A DNA stretch of 64,000 bases, from the NCBI GenBank assembly GCA_963662585.1, contig OY759729.1, positions 1,920,001 through 1,984,000 on the forward strand, in the 5' to 3' direction. Each line of letters opens with the position of its first letter. The first letter of the stretch is position 1. Below the pieces are notes generated by a model. The model made no database searches. It was not told the origin of the DNA and saw only the letters and a program-made list of their open reading frames with translations. A program made the position numbers and the translations under genes. Source of the DNA: Candidatus Cloacimonadales bacterium (GTDB lineage: Bacteria; Cloacimonadota; Cloacimonadia; Cloacimonadales; JAFGVF01). Below are positions 40,125 to 49,976 of this stretch, piece by piece.

Positions 40125-40386
40125 TAATTGAAAAAGCAAAAGATTCTACTTTAGTGAGTATGAATTCAGACAAAATATAAGAAGTGTGGGGTATCCATAG
40201 TGCTACCCCAATTTCTATATTCTAGTTCAAAAAGTAGTTTATTTAGGCTTATTCATGGAACTTACCTTAGTCTCTCTAGGCTCCTTCTCGCTCATTTCGG
40301 ATAAAGTCCAAAAAATCCTCAAGATGAGTGAGAAGGAGCATGGGAAGGCAGGTTGAAGTAGATAAAGAAGAAATGTATTGACATAA

Positions 40387-40413
40387 CTAGCAGGTATGTA
40401 TTATGAGTGCTAA
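40387..40413 (+). promoter_or_regulatory. CIRCE-like (HrcA) operator overlapping a TTGACA promoter
   Basis: CTAGCAGGT-N9-GAGTGCTAA (right arm is the perfect consensus); TTGACA at 40378. Confidence 0.55.
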
Positions 40414-40436
40414 TAAAATATTAAAGGAGAAATAGT

Positions 40437-41117
40437 ATGTTCTTTTTTGATCCAACCATGGTGGTATTAATACCAGCTATAATCTTAGCTTTCTGGGCTA
40501 ATTCCTTAGTAAAGAGCAATTACCGCAAATATAAACAAGTAAAAAATAATATAGGTATGACAGGTGAGGAAGTGGCGATGAGTATTCTCCAAAAGAATGG
40601 GATTTATGATGTCCCTGTCGTCGCTGTTGAGGGAGAATTAACAGATCATTATGAACCACGCAAGAGGGAAGTTAGACTATCAAAAGATATTTATTATGGC
40701 CAATCAGTCTCTTCAGTAGCAATTGCTGCTCATGAAGTCGGCCACGCTCTTCAACATGCTAATAGTTACGCTCCTCTCAAAGTTAGACACGCAATTTTCC
40801 CTGTAGCAAGATTTGGCTCTACTGCAGCTTTTCCATTATTCTTAGTCGGCTTTTTCTTCAATACTCCCATGTTTATGGATATAGGAATTGCCTTCTTTAT
40901 TGCTGCTCTACTATTTCAAGTAGTTACTTTACCTGTTGAATTTAATGCCTCTCAACGAGCATTCAAGCAATTAAGCGAAGGTTTTGTAGTTGATCCAAGG
41001 GAGATGGTGGGGGTAAAAAAAGTGCTAAATGCGGCGGCCTTAACTTATGTTGCTGCAGCCTTAATGTCTCTACTCCAAGTAATTAGATTGATATTTATAA
41101 GAAATATGAGGGACTAA
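40437..41117 (+). CDS. YugP-like membrane zinc metallopeptidase
   Basis: LTDHYEP, AAHEVGHALQH, TLPVEFNAS, AAALTYVAA. Confidence 0.92.
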   Translation: MFFFDPTMVVLIPAIILAFWANSLVKSNYRKYKQVKNNIGMTGEEVAMSILQKNGIYDVPVVAVEGELTDHYEPRKREVRLSKDIYYGQSVSSVAIAAHEVGHALQHANSYAPLKVRHAIFPVARFGSTAAFPLFLVGFFFNTPMFMDIGIAFFIAALLFQVVTLPVEFNASQRAFKQLSEGFVVDPREMVGVKKVLNAAALTYVAAALMSLLQVIRLIFIRNMRD

Positions 41118-41120
41118 GCT

Positions 41121-41579
41121 TTGCCAAATAGATTAAAATTTATCTTAACAGTTGATGCTCAGAAATTAGCTAAATGGCTTAGATTATTAGGTTATGATAC
41201 CAAAGTCATTAAAGCTACTCCCTTACTAAATCTAGTTAGAATTGCTAAGAAAGAGGGAAGAGCTATAATTAGTAGAAGTAAGAGTGTGCTTAATCATCCA
41301 TTAGAATTTGATAGAATTTATATTCATAATAACCAGCTTGAAGAACAGTTGTTAGAATTAAAAACATTTCTCAGCTACGATGAAAACTACATTTTTACTC
41401 GTTGTCCGGAAGATAATGATATTCTTCAAGATATTGATAAAGAGAAAATTATAAAGTTAATTCCAGAAAAAGTAGGAATGATTTATGAGGACTTTAAAAT
41501 CTGCACGAAATGCGGTAGAATATATTGGCAAGGCTCTCATCATCAAGAAATTATGGCAAAACTTAAGAATACTTTTTGA
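41121..41579 (+). CDS. Mut7-C RNase domain protein
   Basis: VDAQKLAKWLRLLGYDT, AKKEGRAIIS, TRC, CTKCGRIYWQGSH. Confidence 0.88.
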   Translation: MPNRLKFILTVDAQKLAKWLRLLGYDTKVIKATPLLNLVRIAKKEGRAIISRSKSVLNHPLEFDRIYIHNNQLEEQLLELKTFLSYDENYIFTRCPEDNDILQDIDKEKIIKLIPEKVGMIYEDFKICTKCGRIYWQGSHHQEIMAKLKNTF

Positions 41580-41771
41580 TTTTAGAATGGATATTAGCGG
41601 ATTTAAAAGTCCTTAACACAGAGTTTCACAGTGGTTAAGAGGAGTTTCAAAGAGTTTTTCTGAGAAATTTCTATGAATATGGGTAGATCTCTTAAATCCT
41701 CCTCTGTGAGGGGGACACAGGGGGTGATTCCTATGGAGTGGAAGCGTCTCTGTTTCCATTAACTGGGGACG

Positions 41772-42783
41772 GACCTTTAGTCCGTGAATGTCAAACTCCC
41801 CTCTTTAGTGCTGAAAGCACGCTAAAAGAGGGGTGGCTGCGAAGCAGACGGGGTGTTTTCTTCTATGGAGTGGAAGCGTCTCTGCTTCCATCCACCTTAG
41901 ATACAATAATAAGGTAACCTTAGATTTTTATAAAGTTTCTCGCATGCAAGGGTGCATGCAATCCGACAGAAGAGGGATTATTACGATCTTAAATCCCCGC
42001 TTTAGTGATTAACTGGGGTTACAGACCTTTAGTCCGTGAATGTCAAACTCCCCTCTTTAGTGCTGAAAGCACGCTAAAAGAGGGGTGGCTGCGAAGCAGA
42101 CGGGGTGTTTTCTTCTATGGAGTGGAAGCGTCTCTGCTTCCATCCACCTTAGATACAATAATAAGGTAACCTTAGATTTTTATAAAGTTTCTCGCATGCA
42201 AGGGTGCATGCAATCCGACAGAAGAGGGATTATTACGATCTTAAATCCCCGCTTTAGTGATTAACTGGGGTTACAGACCTTTAGTCCGTGAATGTCAAAC
42301 TCCCCTCTTTAGTGCTGAAAGCACGCTAAAAGAGGGGTGGCTGCGAAGCAGACGGGGTGTTTTCTTCTATGGAGTGGAAGCGTCTCTGCTTCCACCCACC
42401 TTAGATACAATAATAAGATAACCTTAGATTTTTATAAAGTTTCTCGCATGCAAGGGTGCATGCAATCCGACAGAAGAGGGATTATCACGATCTTAAATCC
42501 CCGCTTTAGTGATTAACTGGGGTTTCAGACCTTTAGTCCGTGAATGTCAAACTCCCCTCTTTAGTGCTGAAAGCACGCTAAAAGAGGGGTGGCTGCGAAG
42601 CAGACGGGGTGTTTTCTTCTATGGAGTGGAAGCGTCTCTGCTTCCATCCACCTTAGATACAATAATAAGATAACCTTAGATTTTTATAAAGTTTCTCGCA
42701 TGCAAGGGTGCATACAATCCGACAGAAGAGGGATTATCACGATCTTAAATCCCCGCTTTAGTGATTAACTGGGGTTACGGACC
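41772..42783. repeat. Tandem array of 4 x 252-bp units built from several REP-like hairpins
   Basis: GACCTTTAGTCCGTG recurs at 41772, 42024, 42276 and 42528, ending at ~42783; units differ by only a few substitutions. Confidence 0.95.
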
Positions 42784-42894
42784 TGAGAGAGCTTATGTCA
42801 ATAAGCCTCAACAACAAATTCTTGATTGAAAATGAAAAACATACCCCCTTCCTCAACAAAAGTTGGTTTAAGAAGGGGATATCGGAGTTGGAAA

Positions 42895-43365
42895 TTATTG
42901 AATAGGGATATAAATGTCCATTTCAGATGTTTCAGGATTACTTTCATCAAATCTACTATCATAATGTTCTAAATCTTCATGCCAACGAACTTTATACTCG
43001 CTCTTAGGTAACCATGTTTTATAGGCATAATCGAATGTTTCTCCCAAGTCCATAACTGAACCTTTGTGGGTAAATACAGCATACTTACAAGCAGAAATTT
43101 CGTGTTCAATAAATCCTTCTCTAGATTCTAGAGGTTTATCTGATGCAAAACCAGCCATGTAGGTAAAGGTATCATTTTCTTTAAAATCCTGAGGAGATGA
43201 GCATACAGCTAAGCACATTAACTCTGGATTAGCATCTAAATCTTGTGATTGTGACATTAGTTCTCCCCATAAAGCAGGGCAAACTTCATTGGTTTCTTTC
43301 ATAGTTAGTTCAGCTTTTAAACCGATAAAATAGAGTTTTGGTAAATCGACAATCTTTGGTTCCAT
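42895..43365 (-). CDS. GyrI-like small-molecule-binding protein (AraC effector domain)
   Basis: MEPKIV, LW, YMAG, KYAVFTHKG, Y..WLPKS, EHYD, DIYIPI. Confidence 0.9.
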   Translation of the reverse strand: MEPKIVDLPKLYFIGLKAELTMKETNEVCPALWGELMSQSQDLDANPELMCLAVCSSPQDFKENDTFTYMAGFASDKPLESREGFIEHEISACKYAVFTHKGSVMDLGETFDYAYKTWLPKSEYKVRWHEDLEHYDSRFDESNPETSEMDIYIPIQ

Positions 43366-43553
43366 AAAATTACTCCTAAAAATTATTAAGTAAATAATAA
43401 ATAAGTAGAATAATATGTCAAGAAAAATTAAGTAATACTTAAAAAAATACTAAAATAAGAACTCTAGTTAGCTAATAAATAGAAAAAAATTTAATTTATT
43501 GACAGCATTTCAGAGAACAATTTAATATCTAAAAAATGAGATAGGGAGAAATT

Positions 43554-46500
43554 ATGTCTTTTGTACATCTACACAACCATACTCAGTATAGTCTTTTGGA
43601 TGGTGCTTGTAGAATAGATAGAATGATAGCTAAGTCCAAAGAGCTGGGAATGAATGCAGTTGCTATGACAGATCATGGCAATATGTTTGGGACGATTGAG
43701 TTTTATAATAAGGCTAATTCGGCAGGGATTAAGCCGATTATTGGGACTGAGGCTTATGTGATTAATGGGCAATTAAATACAGAAGAAAGCAAGCATAGCA
43801 GAAGGTTCCATTTAGTATTATTGGCTATGAATTTAGTTGGTTACAAGAATCTAATAAAGCTATCTTCACACTCCTTTACTGATGGATATTATTATAAACC
43901 GAGAATGACCAAGGATGAGTTAGCAAAATATAGTGAAGGCATAATAGCCCTCTCAGCCTGTATTCAGGGAGAGATTCCTCGCAATTTATTAAATGATGAT
44001 TATGAAGCTGCAGTTAAAGCACTGAATGAATATAAAGAAATTTTCCCTGATAGATTCTATATAGAATTGCAAGATCATGGACTAGAACCAGAGCGTGAAG
44101 TCATGCCCAAGTTAATAGAGCTGGCTAAGCAAACAAATACTCCCATGGTAGTTACTAATGACTGCCACTATTTAAATAAAGAAGATGCTACTGCTCATGA
44201 TGTTCTCCTCTGTATTCAAACAGGGAAAAAATATGATGATCCAGATAGAATGAAATATGAGACTCATGATCTATATTTCAAAAGTGAAAGTGAGATGCGT
44301 CAGCTTTTCCCTCAAGTACCTGAAGCCTATGAGAATACTCAGATAATTGCAGATTCTATCAACTTAAAGCTTAACTATGATAATTTTCTTTTCCCTAAAA
44401 TTGATGTTCCTGAACAGTACAAAGATATGGCTGATTATATGCGGGGCTTATGCTTTGAGGGAGCTAAAAGGAAGTATGGAGAGATAACTCTTGAGATTGA
44501 AGAAAGAATTAATTTTGAACTAGATATTATTAATACAATGGGTTATGATGGATACTTCTTGGTAGTTAAAGATTTTATTGATAAAGCTCGTGAAATGGAT
44601 ATACCTGTGGGACCCGGTCGTGGTTCAGCTGCAGGTAGTATTGTCGCCTACACCTTGGATATTACCCAATTAGATCCTTTGAAATATGGACTCTTGTTTG
44701 AAAGATTCTTGGATTTAAAAAGAGTCGGGATGCCAGATATTGATATTGACTTCTGTGCTCAAGGTAGAAGTAAGGTTATCGATTATGTTGTGGAAAAATA
44801 TGGACGAGAGAGTGTTACGCAAATTATTACTTTTGGTAAATTAGGAGCAAAATCAATAATAAAAGATGTTGCTAGAGTTATGGATGTTACTCCTCAAGAT
44901 GCTGCTAAAATGACTAAACTGATACCAAGTACTCCTAAAATGACCTTAGAAAAGGCTGTAAAAGAGTCAGATGATTTTAGACTTATGATGGAAAGTAATG
45001 ATAATTACAAAAACATCCTTAAAGTAAGTAAGGTTTTAGAGGGTTTAATTCGACAAACTGGTATTCACGCAGCAGGTGTGGTGATCGGCCCTGATGATTT
45101 GAGTAATTATGTACCACTGGCAATTTCTTCCCAAAAGAATGGGGAAAATGCTGTTCTGGTACAATATGAAGGTAAATGGCTAGATGATTTAAAATTACTC
45201 AAAATGGACTTTTTAGGTCTTAAGACTTTAACTATTATAAAAAAAGCAATTCAATACATCAAAGAATCGCAAAACATAGATATTGATATTGAGAATGTTG
45301 ATATTACGGATAAAGAGACTTTCAAACTACTTTCTAAGGGACTGACAGACGGTGTCTTCCAATTTGAATCTCCTGGAATGAAAAAATATCTATCTAAACT
45401 TAAACCAAATAAATTTGAAGATTTGATAGCCATGGTTGCTCTTTATCGTCCGGGACCTATGCAATTTATTGATACTTACATCAATAGAAAACATGGTAGA
45501 GAAGAGATTGTGTATGATCATGAATTGACTAGAAGCTCGCTTGAAGAGACTTATGGTGTTACTGTTTATCAAGAACAGGTCATGCAGATTTCCAAGGTAA
45601 TGGGAAAATTTTCAAGTGCTGATGCAGGAGTTCTAAGAAAGGCTATTAGTAAAAAGAATCTTGATATGATGGCGAAAATGTTTGTCAAATTTCAAGAAGG
45701 TTCTATGGAAAATGGCGTTCCAGAAAAAACAGTTAAGAAGATCTGGGACAACTGGTTAGAATTTGCGAACTATGCTTTTAATAAGAGTCATGCCGCATGT
45801 TATGCCTTTATTTCATTCCAAACTGCTTATTTGAAAGCTCATTATCCTGTAGAATTTATGGCAGCTATTCTATCATTGGAAGAAGATCCAGCTAAAATAC
45901 CTTACTTTATCGAAGAGTGCTCAAAAATGAATATAGAGGTTCTTCCTCCCGATATAAATCACTCCGAGAAAGAGTTCACTGTACATGGAAATAAGATTCA
46001 ATTTGGATTAAGAGGAATCAAGAATGTCGGAGCGGCTGCGATTAAAGAGTTGCTAGATAATAGAGCTATTGATGGAAACTTCTCTTCACTTTTTGATTTA
46101 AGTAAAAGACTTAATAGTACTGCAGTAAATAAAACAACATTGGAGAGTTTGATTGCCTCTGGAGCAGTAGATTCTTTGGAGGGTAGCCGAGCTCAAAAAT
46201 GGAATGCAATTGCTGCTGCTTTAGATTATTCGGCATCTTGTCAAAAAGATAAAGACCAGCTTACTCTTTTTGATTTAATGGATAATGAAGAGGTTGCTAC
46301 TGACTATTATCCAGCCTTGAAAAAGATGGAGGATTGGAGCTCAAAAGAGAAATTGAGACGCGAGAAAGAGGTCTTAGGCTTCTATGTCTCAGGACATCCT
46401 TTAATGGAGAAAAGGGACATAATTGAAAGTGTTGTTAATGTGGATTCCCAATATGTAGCTCAAGGTATTGCAGTTCCTAGTAAGGCCATAATTGTCGGTA

Positions 46501-46988
46501 TAGTTACTAACAAAATTAAAAAGAAAGCAAAAAGTGGTGATTATTATGGTATCATTACAATGGAAGACCTCAAAGGGAAGTTCGAAATAACACTTTATAA
46601 AGAGAGATTTGTAGATAATTTTGATTCTTTAGATATAGGTGAAATCTATTGTGTAATTGGTCAGCAAAGTAATTTTAGTGGTGATGACAGCTTGCTGAAA
46701 ATCAACCCAAGTTCCATAAAACCCTATGCTCAATTTAGAAAAGAAATAGGTGGTGAAGTAACTATCAATATGTCTCATGAAGATTTATTAAGTATAGTGA
46801 AGACTGACTATTTGGAGCTTATAAAAAAACATAAGGGTAAACATCATTTGAAATTCATTGTTGAGACCGAAGAGTGGGATGATATTGTACTTCTCTCTCA
46901 AGAATATACAGTAGATCCTAGTAGAGACTTCTGTAGTTTTTGGGCTAAAAATAAAATATCTCTATCAATTCAAGGTAATATTGAATGA
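43554..46988 (+). CDS. dnaE: DNA polymerase III alpha subunit
   Basis: FVHLHNHTQYSLLDG, TDHGNMFG, GPGRGSAAGS, MPDIDIDF, HAAGVVI, KMDFLGL, YAFNKSH. Confidence 0.98.
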   Translation: MSFVHLHNHTQYSLLDGACRIDRMIAKSKELGMNAVAMTDHGNMFGTIEFYNKANSAGIKPIIGTEAYVINGQLNTEESKHSRRFHLVLLAMNLVGYKNLIKLSSHSFTDGYYYKPRMTKDELAKYSEGIIALSACIQGEIPRNLLNDDYEAAVKALNEYKEIFPDRFYIELQDHGLEPEREVMPKLIELAKQTNTPMVVTNDCHYLNKEDATAHDVLLCIQTGKKYDDPDRMKYETHDLYFKSESEMRQLFPQVPEAYENTQIIADSINLKLNYDNFLFPKIDVPEQYKDMADYMRGLCFEGAKRKYGEITLEIEERINFELDIINTMGYDGYFLVVKDFIDKAREMDIPVGPGRGSAAGSIVAYTLDITQLDPLKYGLLFERFLDLKRVGMPDIDIDFCAQGRSKVIDYVVEKYGRESVTQIITFGKLGAKSIIKDVARVMDVTPQDAAKMTKLIPSTPKMTLEKAVKESDDFRLMMESNDNYKNILKVSKVLEGLIRQTGIHAAGVVIGPDDLSNYVPLAISSQKNGENAVLVQYEGKWLDDLKLLKMDFLGLKTLTIIKKAIQYIKESQNIDIDIENVDITDKETFKLLSKGLTDGVFQFESPGMKKYLSKLKPNKFEDLIAMVALYRPGPMQFIDTYINRKHGREEIVYDHELTRSSLEETYGVTVYQEQVMQISKVMGKFSSADAGVLRKAISKKNLDMMAKMFVKFQEGSMENGVPEKTVKKIWDNWLEFANYAFNKSHAACYAFISFQTAYLKAHYPVEFMAAILSLEEDPAKIPYFIEECSKMNIEVLPPDINHSEKEFTVHGNKIQFGLRGIKNVGAAAIKELLDNRAIDGNFSSLFDLSKRLNSTAVNKTTLESLIASGAVDSLEGSRAQKWNAIAAALDYSASCQKDKDQLTLFDLMDNEEVATDYYPALKKMEDWSSKEKLRREKEVLGFYVSGHPLMEKRDIIESVVNVDSQYVAQGIAVPSKAIIVGIVTNKIKKKAKSGDYYGIITMEDLKGKFEITLYKERFVDNFDSLDIGEIYCVIGQQSNFSGDDSLLKINPSSIKPYAQFRKEIGGEVTINMSHEDLLSIVKTDYLELIKKHKGKHHLKFIVETEEWDDIVLLSQEYTVDPSRDFCSFWAKNKISLSIQGNIE

Positions 46989-48091
46989 AACTCCTCTGGG
47001 TAAGTTTATTATTGATAATCTCTTCATTTCTATTTGCTACAGATCTAACTGTAGAAAAAGTTGGAAATACAAGTCTAATAACGGTAAAGATTAACTCAAG
47101 CGAACTCTTTAGTAAAGACGATAAGATCGATTATAGGGCTATTCTAGAGGTTTTTAATAGTAAGGGTAAGGTTGTCTCTTTAACAAAAAAAGATATAAAG
47201 TTATCAAGTAAAGATATTAGTAATGAAAGAATATTAATATTTATAGAAACAGACTTGCAAAGTGATGATTTCGTAGCTTATTTAAAACTTAATAATAACC
47301 TGAGAAATGATAAAAAAGAAGAGAAATTTGATTTTATGGTTGACGAATCTCAAGCAGTATCTAATCTTTACTTAATAAAAAAAATCAACGATATAGATTT
47401 AGAAATCCTTTCCTGGGATGAGGTTAATGAAAATTCAGATATCTATCTATTTCAACTGTTTAATGAAGAAGTTGATAATCTGAGATTCATAAGTGAAAAT
47501 TCAGAAGAAAGAAAAGTAACTGAGTTGCCTGCAACCAAAAAACTCTTTCATAAGATTGAGTTTACTGAATTGATTCAAAATTTTACTAAAAACTATATCG
47601 AATATTCTCTAAAGAATAATCTTTACCAAAATGAACTGAAAGTTGAAAAGAACTTAAATAGCTTCCAAAAAAAATATAGCTGGGATGAGCAATTAAGCCA
47701 AATAAAATATATTGTAAATGATAAAGCATGGAAAGAAATAAATCGTGATTCTAAAATGAGTACAACCGAAAAGGTTTTAAGGTTTTGGGATAGCTATAAT
47801 CCTAAAGATTCTTCTCGAAACGAATTACAAGAGATTTTTTATAATCGTGTTTTATATGCTGATAAGAAGTTTTCTGTGCACAGATATAAAAAAGGTTGGG
47901 AAACTGATCGTGGTAGGATTTATATCAAATTTGGGGAACCGGATGAGATTAATGTAGAAAATCATCCAATAGGGAGATACCCTACTCAAACTTGGTATTA
48001 CTATCGCCTAAATAAAACCTTCCTCTTTTATGACCGATCCAGAATTGAAGACTACAAACTTTATAACAAAGAAGAAGAGTATGGGTATTAA
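46985..48091 (+). CDS. Secreted GWxTD-domain protein
   Basis: Signal peptide; FW...RVLYADKKF...GWETDRGRIYIKFGEPD. Confidence 0.88.
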   Translation: MKLLWVSLLLIISSFLFATDLTVEKVGNTSLITVKINSSELFSKDDKIDYRAILEVFNSKGKVVSLTKKDIKLSSKDISNERILIFIETDLQSDDFVAYLKLNNNLRNDKKEEKFDFMVDESQAVSNLYLIKKINDIDLEILSWDEVNENSDIYLFQLFNEEVDNLRFISENSEERKVTELPATKKLFHKIEFTELIQNFTKNYIEYSLKNNLYQNELKVEKNLNSFQKKYSWDEQLSQIKYIVNDKAWKEINRDSKMSTTEKVLRFWDSYNPKDSSRNELQEIFYNRVLYADKKFSVHRYKKGWETDRGRIYIKFGEPDEINVENHPIGRYPTQTWYYYRLNKTFLFYDRSRIEDYKLYNKEEEYGY

Positions 48092-49469
48092 AAAATTAGT
48101 TGGAATTTGTATACTATTTTTTATGGTAGTAGGTGTATATGCTGATGATTTAAATATTAGTGTGGAAGGTTTGAATTTTTTTGATCCAGACAACAGAACT
48201 ATTATTGATGTTAATTACTCAATAAAATATCAAGACCTTACTTTTAAAGTAAACGAAGATGAAAGCGGAGCAATTGCAGGCTTAAGAGTTGAAGTGAAAA
48301 TTTATAATAAAAGCAAAATTCTTCATCAAGAAGCTTTCGCTGAACAGATAATTGTAACTGATTTAAAAGATACTAAATCAAGTATCAAACAACATATTGA
48401 TCGCTATAGCTTTGATTATGCCTCCGAAGGGAATACTTTGGAACTTAAGTTTATTGATATGGTAAGTAATGATACTCATATCTTTAGAAAAGAACTGCCC
48501 CTTATTAATAACAGATTCATTAGTGATGTCGAGTTTAATGACTTCGTTAGTACTGAAAAAAATGAAAAATTCAAGTATCTGTATAGAGGAAACCTGCTCT
48601 ATAAATCTAACCCCTCTAGAATATTCTATAAAGAGACTGCTGATAGTATTTATTGTTACTTCCAATTAGCTGGTTTAACTAAAAATTCCAAAATAAATTG
48701 GAAATATAACTACGCTATTGAAATTAAAGATTCTTTTAAACAAACCGTCGATGTTATCGAAAAAAGCGGCCTTTCAACAACAGAAATCGCTAGTATTACT
48801 CAAGGTATTAATCTGCAGAAATTCCCTAAAGGAATCTATTTTGTTACTGTTAAATCTTTAGATAAATTTGAAAATAATAGGACATTGACTGATTTCTCTA
48901 TATCTGATTATCCAGGAGAAACTTATAGCGTATTAGCAAATCGTGAAGATGAATATCAATTAATGAAATATTTTGGCTATACCCAAAGCCCAAATAGTTG
49001 GAGTAATTTTTCTAATGCTAAAAAGAGACAAGAGATTAATAAATTCTGGTTCAGATATGCTAATGATGCTTATTTAGCTGTTGATGATTTAATCTCTATG
49101 ATAAAAGAAAGAGTTGATTACGCAAATCTAAAATTCTCCCATCACCAAGCAGGATGGACTTCTGATAGAGGTAAAATATTCGTGCTTTACGGAGCTCCTG
49201 ATGATATTGAAAAATTCCTAGTTGGCGAGTTAGATGCTACCGATAAATACGACTCTGATGCCCTACTCGAAAGAAGAGCAGTCTTTAATGATAAAGAATA
49301 CGAAATTTGGAGATATACATCTAAAAGATTAGCTAGCTATACCTTCTTTGATGTTAATATGAATAATGGACATAAACTGATTTATGTCTACAATGATGAT
49401 GATATACCAGTCTCTTCAGATTATAAATTCTACCTAGGACAAGACTTTGATGAGGAAAGACTAAAATAG
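48081..49469 (+). CDS. Secreted GWxTD-domain protein
   Basis: Signal peptide from ATG 48081 (MGIKKLVG); RVDYANLKF...GWTSDRGKIFVLYGAPD. Confidence 0.85.
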   Translation: MGIKKLVGICILFFMVVGVYADDLNISVEGLNFFDPDNRTIIDVNYSIKYQDLTFKVNEDESGAIAGLRVEVKIYNKSKILHQEAFAEQIIVTDLKDTKSSIKQHIDRYSFDYASEGNTLELKFIDMVSNDTHIFRKELPLINNRFISDVEFNDFVSTEKNEKFKYLYRGNLLYKSNPSRIFYKETADSIYCYFQLAGLTKNSKINWKYNYAIEIKDSFKQTVDVIEKSGLSTTEIASITQGINLQKFPKGIYFVTVKSLDKFENNRTLTDFSISDYPGETYSVLANREDEYQLMKYFGYTQSPNSWSNFSNAKKRQEINKFWFRYANDAYLAVDDLISMIKERVDYANLKFSHHQAGWTSDRGKIFVLYGAPDDIEKFLVGELDATDKYDSDALLERRAVFNDKEYEIWRYTSKRLASYTFFDVNMNNGHKLIYVYNDDDIPVSSDYKFYLGQDFDEERLK

Positions 49470-49844
49470 ATAGCAAAAAGCGTCATCATAATGAGTTATG
49501 CTATACTCATCATAGATATTATCTTTAATTACTGTGATGATGTCAAATCTAATAAAATGTTCAGAGTACTGTTGATTTTTATCTATAAAGTCAGCAGTAG
49601 CTCTGCTTATTTTCCTCTGCTTGGATTTGGTAATTGATAATAGAGTTTCTTCAGTATCTATCTTACTCCTAGATTTGACTTCTACTACCAATAATAAATC
49701 TTTTTTCTCTGCAATTATGTCAATCTCTCCAGAAAAGCAACGATAGTTGTTTTTTACTATTATAAAGCCATTCTTTACCAAATACTCTGATGCTAATTTT
49801 TCACCTAACCTACCTAATTCTTGATTCATTTTATATTTATTCAT
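49461..49844 (-). CDS. yraN: YraN (UPF0102) family endonuclease-like protein
   Basis: LGRLGEKLA, NYRC..GEIDIIA, VEVKSR, RFDII. Confidence 0.92.
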   Translation of the reverse strand: MNKYKMNQELGRLGEKLASEYLVKNGFIIVKNNYRCFSGEIDIIAEKKDLLLVVEVKSRSKIDTEETLLSITKSKQRKISRATADFIDKNQQYSEHFIRFDIITVIKDNIYDEYSITHYDDAFCYLF

Positions 49845-49976
49845 AAAAGTAAAAAAAAAACTTGACTCTATCTTGTCAATTAATTTAAATAGGTATGAGT
49901 GAAATCGACTAAACTGTAAATATCTTAAAAACTTGATTTGAAAAACGATTAAGTGTACATAAAAGGAGAATATGTG

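Noticed and set aside
41772..42783. CRISPR array
   Set aside because: The whole 252-bp units are near-identical, with no unique spacers, and there are no cas genes in the window
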